In this document: in pieces, positions 1 to 12,600 of the stretch | Layout of the letters: each line of letters opens with the position of its first letter | Position numbering within the stretch: position 1 is the stretch's first letter | NCBI GenBank assembly: GCA_050246815.1 | Contig: JBFWVI010000003.1 | Span: 43,267-107,266 of the forward strand | Source of the DNA: Bdellovibrionales bacterium | Lineage (GTDB): Bacteria > Bdellovibrionota > Bdellovibrionia > Bdellovibrionales > UBA1609 | Direction: 5' to 3' | Length of the DNA: 64,000 bases | Notes under the pieces: model-generated | Database searches by the model: none | What the model saw: the letters and a program-made list of their open reading frames with translations, nothing else | What the model was told of the DNA's origin: nothing | Translations under genes and position numbers: made by a program

Positions 1-2137
<2,137 letters not shown>

Positions 2138-2149
2138 AGGGATAACCGC

Positions 2150-4603
2150 ATGGATCGTCTTCCTGAACAATTGGGTGTTTCTGACGTCGACATCAATAAA
2201 GAAATGCGCGAAGCGTACCTGCAATATTCGATGAGCGTCATTGTAGGCCGCGCGCTACCAGATGTGCGCGATGGATTGAAGCCGGTTCATCGACGCTGCC
2301 TGTTTGCGATGAATGAACTCAGCAACACGCACGATAAGCCTTACAAAAAATCCGCCCGTATCGTCGGTGATGTGATCGGTAAGTATCACCCCCATGGCGA
2401 TATGTCGGTTTACGACACCATCGTGCGTATGGCCCAAGATTTTTCGTTGCGCTACCCGCTAGTGGACGGCCAAGGTAACTTTGGCTCCGTCGACGGCGAT
2501 TCTCCGGCAGCGGCCCGTTATACGGAAATTCGCATGACCAAGCTGACGGAAGAGTTGCTGGCCGATATCGAAAAAGACACGGTCCCCTTCGGCTGGAACT
2601 ACGATGATTCGCTTTTGATCCCGCAAATTTTGCCGGCGAAGTTTCCAAATCTTTTAGTGAACGGAAGTTCGGGTATTGCGGTGGGTATGGCCACCAATAT
2701 TCCCCCGCATAATTTGGGTGAAGTAATTGATGGCTGTATCGCGCTGATCAAAAATCCTGAAACCACTTTGGATGAGATCATTCGCTTGATTCCGGGGCCG
2801 GACTTTCCCACGGCCGGCGTGATTGCGGGTGCTAACGGAATTTTGTCGGCTTATAAAACCGGCCGCGGCGTCATCAACCTAAAGGCAGTCGCCGAAATTG
2901 AAATGAAAAAGGACCGCGAAGAAATCATCGTCACCGAAATTCCTTACCAGGTGAACAAAGCCAAGCTGATCGAGTCGATGGCAGACTTGGTCAAAGACAA
3001 AAAGATCGAAGGCATCGCCGATATTCGTGACGAATCCAGTCGCGAAGGCATGCGTATCGTGATTCAGTTAAAACGTGGCGAGAACGCCCAAGTTGTATTG
3101 AATCGCCTTTATAAGTTCACCCAGATGCAAGTGAGCTTTGGCATCATCATGTTGGCCTTGGATGCCCGAAACCAGCCGAAAGTATTTAATCTTAAAGAGG
3201 TTTTGGAAGCTTTTATCACCCACCGCAAAGACGTCGTCACCCGACGCTGCATCTTTGATTTGCGCAAAGCCGAGGCCCGAGCACACATTTTGGAAGGCTT
3301 GAAAAAAGCTTTGGACCAGATCGATGCCGTGATCGCGACCATTCGCGCCGCCAAAGAAGCAGATGTCGCCAAAGAGAACTTGATGAGCAAGTTCAGCTTC
3401 AGCGACAAACAGGCGGTCGCGATTTTAGAAATGCGCTTGCAGCGCTTAACCGGCCTGGAGCGACAGAAAATTTTAGACGAACTGGCCGAAGTCAGCAAAA
3501 CCATCGCTTGGCTGAAAAAAGTTTTGGGCGATGTGGGTGAGATCTACAAGCTCATCATGGGCGAGCTAGAAGAAATCAAAAAGAATTTTTCAGATCCCCG
3601 CCGCACGAAAATTGAAAGAAGCGGCGAAGAGCTGCAAGACGAAGATTTGATTGCCCGCGAAGAGATGGTCGTGTCGATGACCCAGGCAGGCTATATCAAA
3701 CGCATCCCTGTAGATGAGTACCGCGTGCAAAAACGCGGCGGCAAAGGCTTAAAAGGGGCCGAGACGCGCGAAGAAGATTTTGTGAACCGAGTTTTTGTTG
3801 CGGACACGCTGACGATGATTTTGGCGTTCTCAGATCGTGGAAAAATGTATTGGTTGAAAGTGCACCAAATTCCTTTGGGTTCGCGCACCTCAAAAGGCAA
3901 AGCGATCAATAACATTGTCAACCTATCGCCCGGTGAAACGATTCGAACAATTTTGCCCATCAGTCAGTTTACGGCCGAGCATTTTGTGGTCATGCTCACG
4001 CAAAAAGGCACAATTAAGAAAACTTCGCTTGAATCGTTCTCGAAACCACGCCCGTCTGGGCTTATCGCTTTAACCATCGAGCTGGATGACAATCTGAGCG
4101 ATGCTAAAATTTCCACCGGCAACGACGACATCTTTATTGTCACCAAAGACGGGATGTCGATCCGTTTTGACGAGAACGAAGTGCGTGCTATGGGGCGCAC
4201 CGCGCGCGGCGTACGGGGCATCTCGCTGGCCAAGGACGATATCGTCATTGGTATGGAAGTGATTGCCAAAGACAGCAAAGAAACTGTCTTGATGGTGACT
4301 AAAAATGGATATGGTAAGCGCACCTCGATGGAAGAATACCGACTGCAAGGCCGCGGTGGCGTCGGCATCATCACACAAAAAACCACTGACAAAGTCGGCG
4401 ATGTGGTCAGTGCTCGCCTGGTCACGGATCAAGAGCAAATTTTAATCATGACCAACAATGGTCAATCCATTCGAACAAGCTGCAAAGAAATATCGGTTTT
4501 GGGCCGTAACACTCAAGGTGTACGTTTGATGAATTTAAAAGATGACGAAACCGTCACCAGTGTAGCGGCATTGGCAGAGGAAGACGACAGCAAGGCGGAA
4601 TGA
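2150..4603 (+). CDS. gyrA: DNA gyrase subunit A
   Basis: [23 protein letters not shown], catalytic AARYTE, GyrA-box QKRGGKG, beta-pinwheel repeats, acidic tail. Confidence 0.99.
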   Translation: MDRLPEQLGVSDVDINKEMREAYLQYSMSVIVGRALPDVRDGLKPVHRRCLFAMNELSNTHDKPYKKSARIVGDVIGKYHPHGDMSVYDTIVRMAQDFSLRYPLVDGQGNFGSVDGDSPAAARYTEIRMTKLTEELLADIEKDTVPFGWNYDDSLLIPQILPAKFPNLLVNGSSGIAVGMATNIPPHNLGEVIDGCIALIKNPETTLDEIIRLIPGPDFPTAGVIAGANGILSAYKTGRGVINLKAVAEIEMKKDREEIIVTEIPYQVNKAKLIESMADLVKDKKIEGIADIRDESSREGMRIVIQLKRGENAQVVLNRLYKFTQMQVSFGIIMLALDARNQPKVFNLKEVLEAFITHRKDVVTRRCIFDLRKAEARAHILEGLKKALDQIDAVIATIRAAKEADVAKENLMSKFSFSDKQAVAILEMRLQRLTGLERQKILDELAEVSKTIAWLKKVLGDVGEIYKLIMGELEEIKKNFSDPRRTKIERSGEELQDEDLIAREEMVVSMTQAGYIKRIPVDEYRVQKRGGKGLKGAETREEDFVNRVFVADTLTMILAFSDRGKMYWLKVHQIPLGSRTSKGKAINNIVNLSPGETIRTILPISQFTAEHFVVMLTQKGTIKKTSLESFSKPRPSGLIALTIELDDNLSDAKISTGNDDIFIVTKDGMSIRFDENEVRAMGRTARGVRGISLAKDDIVIGMEVIAKDSKETVLMVTKNGYGKRTSMEEYRLQGRGGVGIITQKTTDKVGDVVSARLVTDQEQILIMTNNGQSIRTSCKEISVLGRNTQGVRLMNLKDDETVTSVAALAEEDDSKAE

Positions 4604-5409
4604 AGAATTTTTTTGCGGCCGGCCTTATCTTGGTTTCAATATTCGGCGTGGCGGGCTGTAATATTTCGTTTCAAAGATGGCAATTTCGCACGGCCAATAA
4701 GATGGCCGCAAATAAAGAACATAAAATGGCAGTGGATCTTTATTCACGGGTAATGAAGCGTGCACCCACACAGCCGCTTGCGATAGAAGCAGCTCGAATG
4801 GGTGCGCGCCTGGCCAGCTATGAGGTTAAGGATTATGCCAAGGCGGTCGAATTTTACAGTCATATCGTATTGTATTCGCCCGATCCCAGCGAGCGTTTGA
4901 CGGCGCAGAAGTCACTGACGGAAATTCAGTTTGAAAAGCTGATGAATTACGATCAGGCACTTATTGAGTTGAATCACCTAATTCCCCTGCTGCCGCCCAA
5001 AGAGCGTGCACCGTATCAACTGCAGGTCGCTCACAGCTACTTCAATTTGAACAATTCATCGCAAGCCCTGATTGAAGTCGATGAATTGCTGAGTAAAAGA
5101 ATCAGCTCGGATCTACGTTTCGAGGCCCTGGTTTTCAAGGGCAACCTGCTTCAAGCGGCGAAACGTTTAGACGAAGCGATCAAAGTCTTTACGGGCTTGC
5201 GTAAAGACTTTGAAAGTCGCGCGGCAGCCGAGAATATAGGTATGAGCCTGGCCATTTGTTATGAAGAGAAAAGTGACCTGAAATCGGCCATTGAAGTCTT
5301 AGAAGACATGAAAAAGCATCATGCCAACCCAGATTTTATCCAAATCCGTATTGCGCGCTTAAAAGAACGTTTGGCCAATCTGCCCGGTGCCCAGGGGTTC
5401 AAACGATGA
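4600..5409 (+). CDS. TPR-repeat lipoprotein
   Basis: Lipobox-like VAGC after a hydrophobic N-terminus; repeated helical TPR-like patterns; ATGA overlap with gyrA. Confidence 0.8.
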   Translation: MKNFFAAGLILVSIFGVAGCNISFQRWQFRTANKMAANKEHKMAVDLYSRVMKRAPTQPLAIEAARMGARLASYEVKDYAKAVEFYSHIVLYSPDPSERLTAQKSLTEIQFEKLMNYDQALIELNHLIPLLPPKERAPYQLQVAHSYFNLNNSSQALIEVDELLSKRISSDLRFEALVFKGNLLQAAKRLDEAIKVFTGLRKDFESRAAAENIGMSLAICYEEKSDLKSAIEVLEDMKKHHANPDFIQIRIARLKERLANLPGAQGFKR

Positions 5410-5630
5410 AACTTCCCCGAAACAGCCCTTTTGCGGTGTTTGCAGGAATCGGTTTTGAGATCGTGGGGCTGATTCTGGGGGCGGTTTGGTTGGGTGGGTA
5501 CCTAGACCGCAAATTCGGTCTGCAAGGCATCTTCACGCTGATTTTGATTCTGCTGGCGGCAACAGGTTGGATGCTTCACGTTTTCTTCTTATTACGGCGA
5601 CTTAATCAAAATTCATCGGACCAAAAATGA
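5406..5630 (+). CDS. AtpZ/AtpI-family small membrane protein
   Basis: Two TM helices with GGYLDRKFG signature; first gene of the F0 cluster. Confidence 0.85.
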   Translation: MKLPRNSPFAVFAGIGFEIVGLILGAVWLGGYLDRKFGLQGIFTLILILLAATGWMLHVFFLLRRLNQNSSDQK

Positions 5631-5986
5631 GACTGAAAACAGGCTATCCGGGGGTGATCCAGTTCCATACCCTCTTGATTGTACTGCTTACGGTGACAAC
5701 CGAATTTCTGTTTGGCCAAAGCCGCGCCACGTCATTTATGGCCGGAGCACTGGTGATTTGGCTCAATTGGTGGATTCTGGGTTTGAGCTGGAGGCACGTT
5801 GAGGGAAAAAAACCAATTGCTCTGGCGGCAGGTCTCATTGTAATCAAGTATCCGCTTTTAGCCGCAATATGTCTGCTTTGCCTTCGCCAGGAATGGTTCA
5901 GGCTGGGTTGGTTTGCCGCTGGGATCGCAACGGTGATTCCCGCGGGATTTTGGGGAGCTCTTCGGGGCCGCAAAATTAAAACATAG
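5627..5986 (+). CDS. atpI: ATP synthase subunit I-like membrane protein
   Basis: Four hydrophobic segments; lies between the AtpZ-like gene and atpB. Confidence 0.7.
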   Translation: MRLKTGYPGVIQFHTLLIVLLTVTTEFLFGQSRATSFMAGALVIWLNWWILGLSWRHVEGKKPIALAAGLIVIKYPLLAAICLLCLRQEWFRLGWFAAGIATVIPAGFWGALRGRKIKT

Positions 5987-6005
5987 ATTTTAGGAAGTAC
6001 GAGTT

Positions 6006-6695
6006 TTGGTACACTTCAATTGGACACAATTAATTCCAGGGGTAGGTCACGATCATTTGCACACGGCAACCGCAGTTGTTGCGGGCACCGTACTTGGTGT
6101 CTTTGCTGTCGCGGGCCGATTGGCTCTTGGTTCCGGTGAGCAAGCAGTGGTTCCGGCCGGCAAATTTTCTCTCAAAGGTATTTTTGAAGTCATCACCGAA
6201 TTTATTATCGGCATGGTGGACATGGTAATTGGTGAGCATGGCCGTAAGTACACCCCATTTTTTGCCGCGATATTCTTTTATATTTGGATTAACAACATGA
6301 TTGGCTTGCTGCCGGGCATGACCGCGGCCACAGACAACATGAATACGACACTGGCTCTGGGCCTGTTTGTTTTTGCGGTCTACAATACACTGGGTGTAAA
6401 AGAAAATGGCTGGGCTTACTTGAAGCACTTCTTCGGTCCTGTTTGGTGGTTGGCTTGGTTGATCGTCTTGATCGAAATCATGTCGCATCTTTTGCGCCCG
6501 ATGACCCTGGGGCTTCGTCTGCGCGGAAATATTTCGGCCGATCACACAGTTTTATCGATTTTTCTAGATTTGGTTCCTTGGGTTGTTCCGATGGTTTTCT
6601 ATGGCATGGGTATTTTTGTGGCTTCGATGCAAGCATTCGTCTTTACGGTGCTATCGATGGTCTACGTTTCAATGGCAGTGGCTCACGAACATTAG
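6006..6695 (+). CDS. atpB: F0 ATP synthase subunit a
   Basis: NMIGLLPG, EIMSHLLRPMTLGLRLRGN (essential Arg), QAFVFTVLSMVY; TTG start after AGGAAG. Confidence 0.97.
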   Translation: MVHFNWTQLIPGVGHDHLHTATAVVAGTVLGVFAVAGRLALGSGEQAVVPAGKFSLKGIFEVITEFIIGMVDMVIGEHGRKYTPFFAAIFFYIWINNMIGLLPGMTAATDNMNTTLALGLFVFAVYNTLGVKENGWAYLKHFFGPVWWLAWLIVLIEIMSHLLRPMTLGLRLRGNISADHTVLSIFLDLVPWVVPMVFYGMGIFVASMQAFVFTVLSMVYVSMAVAHEH

Positions 6696-6741
6696 TATTT
6701 GAAATTTAAATCAATTTATTTAACTCAAAGGGAGTAACAGA

Positions 6742-7062
6742 ATGAAAAAATTGATGTTGGTGTTGGTTGGTTTGGTTGCATCCGCTCCGGCTTGGGCACA
6801 AGAAGCAGTTGCGGCAGTGACTCATAGCGGACTGGGCGATAAAGGCTTTTACGCTCTTGGCGGTGGTATCATCTTGGGCTTGGCGGCCTTAGGCGGTACT
6901 TTGGGCCAAGGTAAAATTGGTGCGGCCGCGATGGATGGCATTGCCCGCAACCCGCAGGCAGGCAAAGATATGTTCACGCCGATGATGATCGGTCTGGCCC
7001 TGGTCGAATCGCTTGTGATCTTGGCCTTTGCCTTGGCGTTCTTGTTCCAGATGAAAATGTAA
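6742..7062 (+). CDS. atpE: F0 ATP synthase subunit c with N-terminal extension
   Basis: Gly-rich first helix, ARNP loop, ion-binding Glu in LVESL. Confidence 0.97.
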   Translation: MKKLMLVLVGLVASAPAWAQEAVAAVTHSGLGDKGFYALGGGIILGLAALGGTLGQGKIGAAAMDGIARNPQAGKDMFTPMMIGLALVESLVILAFALAFLFQMKM

Positions 7063-7084
7063 TTTTCTGAGACAATAGATCCTT

Positions 7085-7114
7085 AAAAAGCCGACGCAAT
7101 GCGCCGGCTTTTTT
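7085..7114 (+). terminator. Intrinsic terminator after atpE
   Basis: aaaaagccg...cggctttttt hairpin plus T-tract. Confidence 0.85.
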
Positions 7115-7197
7115 GTTTCAAAATGAGAATATGCTAAGAGTGCTTGAAGGCAGTTCGCCTTTTTGTCCATAAGTGCCAAATTCGATGACAGCGACTT

Positions 7198-7224
7198 CAC
7201 AATCTCTTACCAATTCGCCGATAT
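7198..7224 (+). promoter_or_regulatory. Possible sigma28 (FliA)-type promoter
   Basis: GCCGATAT at 7217-7224 matches the sigma28 -10; the -35 is weak; the transcript would start near the GTG at 7231. Confidence 0.35.
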
Positions 7225-7230
7225 AGAGAT

Positions 7231-9267
7231 GTGAGCGAAGAAAACAAGCCTCAACAGCCCGTCGTAACGGAAGCCACTGCCCAGACCGATCAGGTCGTGG
7301 ACATTGATCAACTTGAAGTTGAAGTGCTAATTATTTGTAAAAATCCGGCTGGGTTTCAACAGTGCGCTTCTTTTTTAAGTCGTCGCGGCTGGCCGACAAC
7401 TGTGATGGGCAACTTGAGTAAAGCCATCGATTACATCGTTAAAAATTCACCTGATTTCGTCATGCTCAGTTGCAACCATCCAAATCCTGGAACACAAAGG
7501 CTTCCCAACCTATTGGCGCAAATGAAGACGACTTGCATTGGATTCTCTGAAACCGGAGATGCCTCGAGCAACGCAAAGCTAGCCGGTTTGGCTCTTAAGC
7601 ATAAGTTGCAAGGGCTGCCCAGCGGCCCAAATGTGCAGCGCATGATCCGCAAAATTTTAATGGAGATCTACAACCCCCACGCCGCTGCAAAAGAGTCAGA
7701 GGGACAAGAGAGCAATGACGGCAAAGATAGAACCGTTGTAACGGGTTCGAACGCCAAGGGCAAAGATGGCAACTCCATTTCAATTAAGGGTTCTGAGCAG
7801 GGCAGTACTGGCCCGCTCTCGCAAGGCAAAGATGATGACGAATCTTTGGACGTCGGCAATTATCGAATGGGGCGAAAAAAAGAAAGAAAGCGCCTTAAAG
7901 ATCTCAATAGTGGAGATGGCGGTCAAAAAGAAGCCGGCGGCGAAGCCGCGCAGATCGATAAAAAGGCTTTGCTTGAATTGGCGGCTCAAAGTGATGAAAA
8001 AGCACGTGGTGAGTCAGGCATGATGTTCATGCCCAATAAGGGTGAAGACATCCAAAATCATGAACAGGAAAAAGCACGATCCGTAGACCGTAATCGCGAG
8101 GCGCAAACAGAACCCCATTTAGCTAAAGATGGTTTTAGCGCGATTCAAAAGGGTGGAAGTTCTAACGCCCACAATGCCACTCAAGAAGGTGGCGATTCAC
8201 TAAAACACAATGTGACCGAGCAAGGCCCAGACTCCTTAAAGCACAGTGAGCATCAACAGGCTCAGGCGGGCAAAAGCCTCAGCAGCCAACAAAAGGCAGG
8301 GCCTGCAGCAAATGGCTTTAGCGCAGCACAGGCCGGATCCAGCGGTGACAAGGCCAACGCCGCGACACAGACGGCGACTGACCAGTCGCCTGAACTCTCG
8401 TCAACAGAAGCAGGCCGTTCGCCGAACACGAACGGCAAAAACGGAGCTCAGTCGAATGCAGGAGATGTCGCAAACGGAAGTCCTGCAAGCCAGGGACAAA
8501 ATCGAAAAGAGCAACGAAATGGTCCTGTCGTTCCGATAAAACCACTAAAGACCTTTGTCGATTCAGATGGTCAAGCGCTAAAAGCGGGGTCGTTTCAATC
8601 GCTATTCGAAAAATCGATTCAAATCGCGCTTGAACGCACATGCAAAGTCGGAATGCCTGGAAAATCAAATGAGTATGTGGACACAGTGGCCACGTTACCT
8701 ATCGATTCTCCCGAGCTTTACGGCTATTTAGTTGTCAATATCGCCGGGCTAAGGCCAGAAGTTTTGATGCAGTTTATAACCGAATTTCGCTATGAACTTT
8801 GCAAAGTGATGGAAGAGCTCAACGTTCAGGCCAGTATTGAAGATGGTTTTGTGTTGGTGCAGCAGCAGTTTCACTTTATGGACTGGTCGATGCAGGAAGC
8901 GTCGCTGTGCTTAACCACTGAGCATGATGGCTACGTTGTCGGTGTTTCTTTCTTGCCCACCGCTGAACGCTTAAAAGATCCGCGCGAAAGTGAAAAACCT
9001 GATATGGCCTTGATCAGTCTGGACCACATTGACACCGAAAAGCCAGTGCCCTTTAAAGCCTACCTTCACTTCAAGCGTAGCGATCGGTTTTACCTTTACA
9101 TCAGAAATGGTCGACGACTATTTGCAGAACAAAAACAGCGCCTGCTAAAAAGAAAAATTTCTGACTTCTATATTAAGTCGGTGGACATCAACAATTTTCG
9201 AACATATTCGGCCGCGAACTTTATCAGTAAAAGTCTTCGAAAAATCAAAACATCGAAGGCCGGCTGA
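7231..9267 (+). CDS. Hypothetical protein: degenerate receiver-like N-terminal domain, long disordered linker, C-terminal globular region
   Basis: 678-aa ORF; VLIIC...SPDFVMLS pattern resembles a receiver domain without the acceptor Asp; S/G/Q/K-rich middle. Confidence 0.75.
   Translation: MSEENKPQQPVVTEATAQTDQVVDIDQLEVEVLIICKNPAGFQQCASFLSRRGWPTTVMGNLSKAIDYIVKNSPDFVMLSCNHPNPGTQRLPNLLAQMKTTCIGFSETGDASSNAKLAGLALKHKLQGLPSGPNVQRMIRKILMEIYNPHAAAKESEGQESNDGKDRTVVTGSNAKGKDGNSISIKGSEQGSTGPLSQGKDDDESLDVGNYRMGRKKERKRLKDLNSGDGGQKEAGGEAAQIDKKALLELAAQSDEKARGESGMMFMPNKGEDIQNHEQEKARSVDRNREAQTEPHLAKDGFSAIQKGGSSNAHNATQEGGDSLKHNVTEQGPDSLKHSEHQQAQAGKSLSSQQKAGPAANGFSAAQAGSSGDKANAATQTATDQSPELSSTEAGRSPNTNGKNGAQSNAGDVANGSPASQGQNRKEQRNGPVVPIKPLKTFVDSDGQALKAGSFQSLFEKSIQIALERTCKVGMPGKSNEYVDTVATLPIDSPELYGYLVVNIAGLRPEVLMQFITEFRYELCKVMEELNVQASIEDGFVLVQQQFHFMDWSMQEASLCLTTEHDGYVVGVSFLPTAERLKDPRESEKPDMALISLDHIDTEKPVPFKAYLHFKRSDRFYLYIRNGRRLFAEQKQRLLKRKISDFYIKSVDINNFRTYSAANFISKSLRKIKTSKAG
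8170..8250 (+). repeat. Imperfect 36-bp tandem repeat in coding sequence
   Basis: HNATQEGGDSLK / HNVTEQGPDSLK / HSE; units begin at 8170, 8206 and 8242. Confidence 0.7.
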
Positions 9268-9269
9268 AA

Positions 9270-10643
9270 TCACCCCTTCAGCATGGGCAAAACAATAGAT
9301 TCAAATTGGTCACGAATATTTTTAAGATTTTGTGGTGAATCAGCCTCAAAACGAAGGACCAACACAGGTTGAGTGTTTGATGCCCGAGCCAGAGCCCAAC
9401 CGGTTTCAAAGCTTACGCGAATTCCATCGATCAGGTTCACCTTGCAGTCCGTGCGCTTGGCAAAGGCGTCACGCAGCTTTGTCACAATTGCATGCTTTTT
9501 TTCTTCTGTCGTGTCGATGCGAATTTCGGGCGTGTTGAACGATGGGGGTAGATCCGACAGTAGCTGACGTATGGTCTTTCCGGATTTGGCTAAGATCTCG
9601 ACCACGCGAAGACCCGCGTACAGGGCATCATCATATCCATAGTTGCGGTCGGCAAAAAAGATGTGGCCGCTAAGCTCCCCACCAAAAGGGGCTTTCTCCA
9701 CCTTGATTTTTTCTTTAACTAAGCTGTGGCCGGTCTTCCACATGATCGGTTGGCCGCCGTACTTGGCGATGTAATCAAACACCCGGTCAGAACATTTGAC
9801 GTCACCAATGATTTTCTCGCCGGGACGGTCGTTTAAAATGAAGCGACTGCAAAGAGCCATCAGCTCATCGCCCAAAATGATTCGCCCTTCGTCGTCCACC
9901 ACGCCAATGCGATCGGCGTCGCCATCAAAACCGATACCAACACGGGCCTTGCGCTTTTTTACCTCATGGATCAGATCCACCAAATTTTCTGCCACGGTCG
10001 GATCAGGATGATGGTTAGGAAAACGGCCATCTGGTTCTTCGAATAAAATGGTCGGCTTTAATCCAACACCCTCGTAGAGGCGACGCGCGATGCAGCCCCC
10101 CGCCCCGTTGCCGCAATCCAACACCAACGGGATGTCAGGGATTTGTCCAAACTCTTCCCGGTAGCGTTGAAGATAGGAGGGAAAGATGTCCATCGTTTCT
10201 TCGCTTCCCTGCCCTTGTAAAAAATTTTGTTTGTTTATAATGGCTTTTAACTTCTGAATCTCTTCGCCAAAAATCGTCGATTTGCCTACGGAAATTTTAA
10301 AGCCATTGTATTCGGGGGGGTTGTGGCTGCCCGTCACCATGATCGCGCCGTTCACCTGCTCTATTGTGAAAGTAGCAAAATAGCTGATCGGAGAAGTCAC
10401 GAGTCCTAAATGGATGACATTGCCACCGGACTGACAGATACCGCGCGCCAAAGCGTTGATCAGCATAGGGCTTGAAGAGCGAGCGTCATGGCCCAGGGCG
10501 ACGGTAGGATTTCTGATACCTTTCTGCTGGTAAACAAGCGTCACGTAGGCACGACCTAAGGCTTGTGCAAAATCGGCGTCGAAGTCGTGATCAACAACGC
10601 CACGGATGTCATATTCGCGAAAGACCACAGGATTCATTTTCAT
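9270..10643 (-). CDS. Phosphomannomutase/phosphoglucomutase (AlgC-like)
   Basis: FREYDIRG, TGSHNP phosphoserine loop, FDGDADR metal loop, GELSGH; ATG at 10643 overlaps the pdxA stop. Confidence 0.96.
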   Translation of the reverse strand: MKMNPVVFREYDIRGVVDHDFDADFAQALGRAYVTLVYQQKGIRNPTVALGHDARSSSPMLINALARGICQSGGNVIHLGLVTSPISYFATFTIEQVNGAIMVTGSHNPPEYNGFKISVGKSTIFGEEIQKLKAIINKQNFLQGQGSEETMDIFPSYLQRYREEFGQIPDIPLVLDCGNGAGGCIARRLYEGVGLKPTILFEEPDGRFPNHHPDPTVAENLVDLIHEVKKRKARVGIGFDGDADRIGVVDDEGRIILGDELMALCSRFILNDRPGEKIIGDVKCSDRVFDYIAKYGGQPIMWKTGHSLVKEKIKVEKAPFGGELSGHIFFADRNYGYDDALYAGLRVVEILAKSGKTIRQLLSDLPPSFNTPEIRIDTTEEKKHAIVTKLRDAFAKRTDCKVNLIDGIRVSFETGWALARASNTQPVLVLRFEADSPQNLKNIRDQFESIVLPMLKG

Positions 10644-11626
10644 AACAGACCTCGTTCGGTTTGGCATAAATAGATGGCAGAAGTGAGGGCCTCAAGCATC
10701 GAACCCTCACTTGCTTGGTTTTTGGTGAAGAGTTCTTTGGCAGTTCCATGATCCACGCTGGTGCGAACAAAGGGAAGACCCATGGTCAGATGGATTCCCT
10801 GGTCAAAGCCGTGAACCATTTTGAAGGGAATTAAGCCTTGGTCATGATAGGGGCACACGTAGATTGAAATCTGCTCCTGCATGTGCGGCAAAAAGGCGGC
10901 GTCTGGAACCAGGGGCCCAAGCAACAGATGGCCGCGCTGACGAAAGCGTTTAAGCAAGGGCTGCATCAAAGAATGTTCTTCACGACCGATAAGGCCCTGC
11001 TCTCCGGCGTGGGGATTCAGCCCCACTACTGCAATTGGTAGTGTACGTTTGGCTTTTGGCAAGAGCTGCCGAAGCTGTAGGGCGTGCTCGATTGCGAGGG
11101 AAAGCCGCTTTGCAGTCAGATGCTTTTTCACGGCGGCAAGAGGCACATGGGCCGTAGTCAAAACCACTCCAAAGTGTTCACCAACAAAGCCCATGAACAA
11201 ATTTTTGCGGCCACTGATTTTCGCAAGCATTTCGGTGTGTCCCAATTGTGTAAATCCGGCGGCCTTTTGCCCGGTCTTGCTAAGAGGGCCTGTCACTAGG
11301 GCATCACAAAGACCAGCCATACAGGCGTGTGCCGAGCTCCAAACCCAGGCCGCAGGCGCTGCCGGAGAAATCACGTCAATGATTTCACGATGGTCATAGG
11401 GTAAGGTCCAAACATCGGCGTGATCCTTGATCGAAATGCGAGAAAACTTTTTTTCCAGCAAATGCAGATGCGATCGTGGACACTGTGGTGAGCGCCAAAA
11501 AAGAAACTGCACATCCTCTTGCGGGCCTAAACGATGAAGCGCTTTGGCCGCAACCTCGCTGCCGATGCCGTCGGGGTCACCGGTGGTGATTGAAATTCGA
11601 AGATGACGATTATTTGGCTTTTGCAT
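10640..11626 (-). CDS. pdxA: 4-hydroxythreonine-4-phosphate dehydrogenase
   Basis: TTGDPDGIG, GHTE, GLNPHAGE, YHDQGL, RTSVDHGTA; follows surA. Confidence 0.95.
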   Translation of the reverse strand: MQKPNNRHLRISITTGDPDGIGSEVAAKALHRLGPQEDVQFLFWRSPQCPRSHLHLLEKKFSRISIKDHADVWTLPYDHREIIDVISPAAPAAWVWSSAHACMAGLCDALVTGPLSKTGQKAAGFTQLGHTEMLAKISGRKNLFMGFVGEHFGVVLTTAHVPLAAVKKHLTAKRLSLAIEHALQLRQLLPKAKRTLPIAVVGLNPHAGEQGLIGREEHSLMQPLLKRFRQRGHLLLGPLVPDAAFLPHMQEQISIYVCPYHDQGLIPFKMVHGFDQGIHLTMGLPFVRTSVDHGTAKELFTKNQASEGSMLEALTSAIYLCQTERGLL

Positions 11627-12596
11627 CCGCCACGTCGTTAATGCGCACAAAAGCTTCGTCGCGACGCTGGTTCAGCCACGAGCGGAATTGGCGCTTGAAG
11701 GCTTCCGCGAACAGTTGGCCGCGGATTTGCTCTTTTTTACTATCGAGCTCAGGGTCAGAGGTCACTGTTTTTTTCAAAACCTTAACCAGATGAATGCCCA
11801 TACGAGTCTTAATAGGATTCGAAATGTCACCGACATTAAGGCCACGAACGCCTTCTTCAATTTCCTTTAGCATCTCACCGGATTTGAAATTGCCCAGCAG
11901 CCCGCCTTGGGAAAAGTTAGGGTCTTCGCTGTTTTGTTCGGCCAGCTTTTCAAAGGGTAGATTGTCTTTGAGTTTCTTTTTCACTTGGGTCGCACGCTCG
12001 CGAGCTGCCTTTTCGCCTCCGTTTGAGGGCAAAAAGAGAATATGAGCCAAAGAGTATTCGTAAGCTTGATTGCTTTTGACGCCTTTCACATTGGCGTAAT
12101 GGGCGGCTACGTCTTCATCCGATATTTTAATACGCGAAGAAACTTCTCGCTCAATCAAGCTTTGTCGTTCGATCGAAGTTTTAATAAAGGCCTGGTAGTC
12201 GCTCATGGACGTGCCCTTTTGTGCCAAAACCTCGCGCAGCTGCGCGCGCGTGAGTTGGCGGGAACGCAGGATATTTCGAATTTCTTGCTCGACACGCTCA
12301 AAGGTGATGTCGAGACCACGTTTTTTAACTTCCGAATCGATCACGGCCTCATCGATTAAATAATTGATTAAAGCCTGGCGATCTTTGACCAATATTTTGC
12401 GATCGACCAGTTGCAAAAGGGCGTCGTCGACCAAGCCTTCGCCGGTTAATTTTTTGCGGAAACTGTCGACGTCCGACTGCAAAATCACGCGATCATTCAC
12501 CACAGTGATGATTCTTTCAATGATCTTGGCCGAAGCTACGCTTGCGCCGAACGCGAGACTGACCAGGAACAGCAATTGATTTCGACGGAACGGCAT
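11610..12596 (-). CDS. surA: SurA-like periplasmic chaperone/parvulin PPIase
   Basis: Signal peptide, IIERIITVVND SurA N-terminus, HIL...FEKLAEQNSED...GGLLG...GIHLVK rotamase; surA-pdxA order. Confidence 0.88.
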   Translation of the reverse strand: MPFRRNQLLFLVSLAFGASVASAKIIERIITVVNDRVILQSDVDSFRKKLTGEGLVDDALLQLVDRKILVKDRQALINYLIDEAVIDSEVKKRGLDITFERVEQEIRNILRSRQLTRAQLREVLAQKGTSMSDYQAFIKTSIERQSLIEREVSSRIKISDEDVAAHYANVKGVKSNQAYEYSLAHILFLPSNGGEKAARERATQVKKKLKDNLPFEKLAEQNSEDPNFSQGGLLGNFKSGEMLKEIEEGVRGLNVGDISNPIKTRMGIHLVKVLKKTVTSDPELDSKKEQIRGQLFAEAFKRQFRSWLNQRRDEAFVRINDVADAKAK

Positions 12597-12600
12597 AAAA

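Noticed and set aside
6860..7030. Na+-binding c-ring signature (Q...ES)
   Set aside because: Q and ES are present, but the following Thr and Tyr ligands are Leu; this is not enough to call a Na+-ATPase
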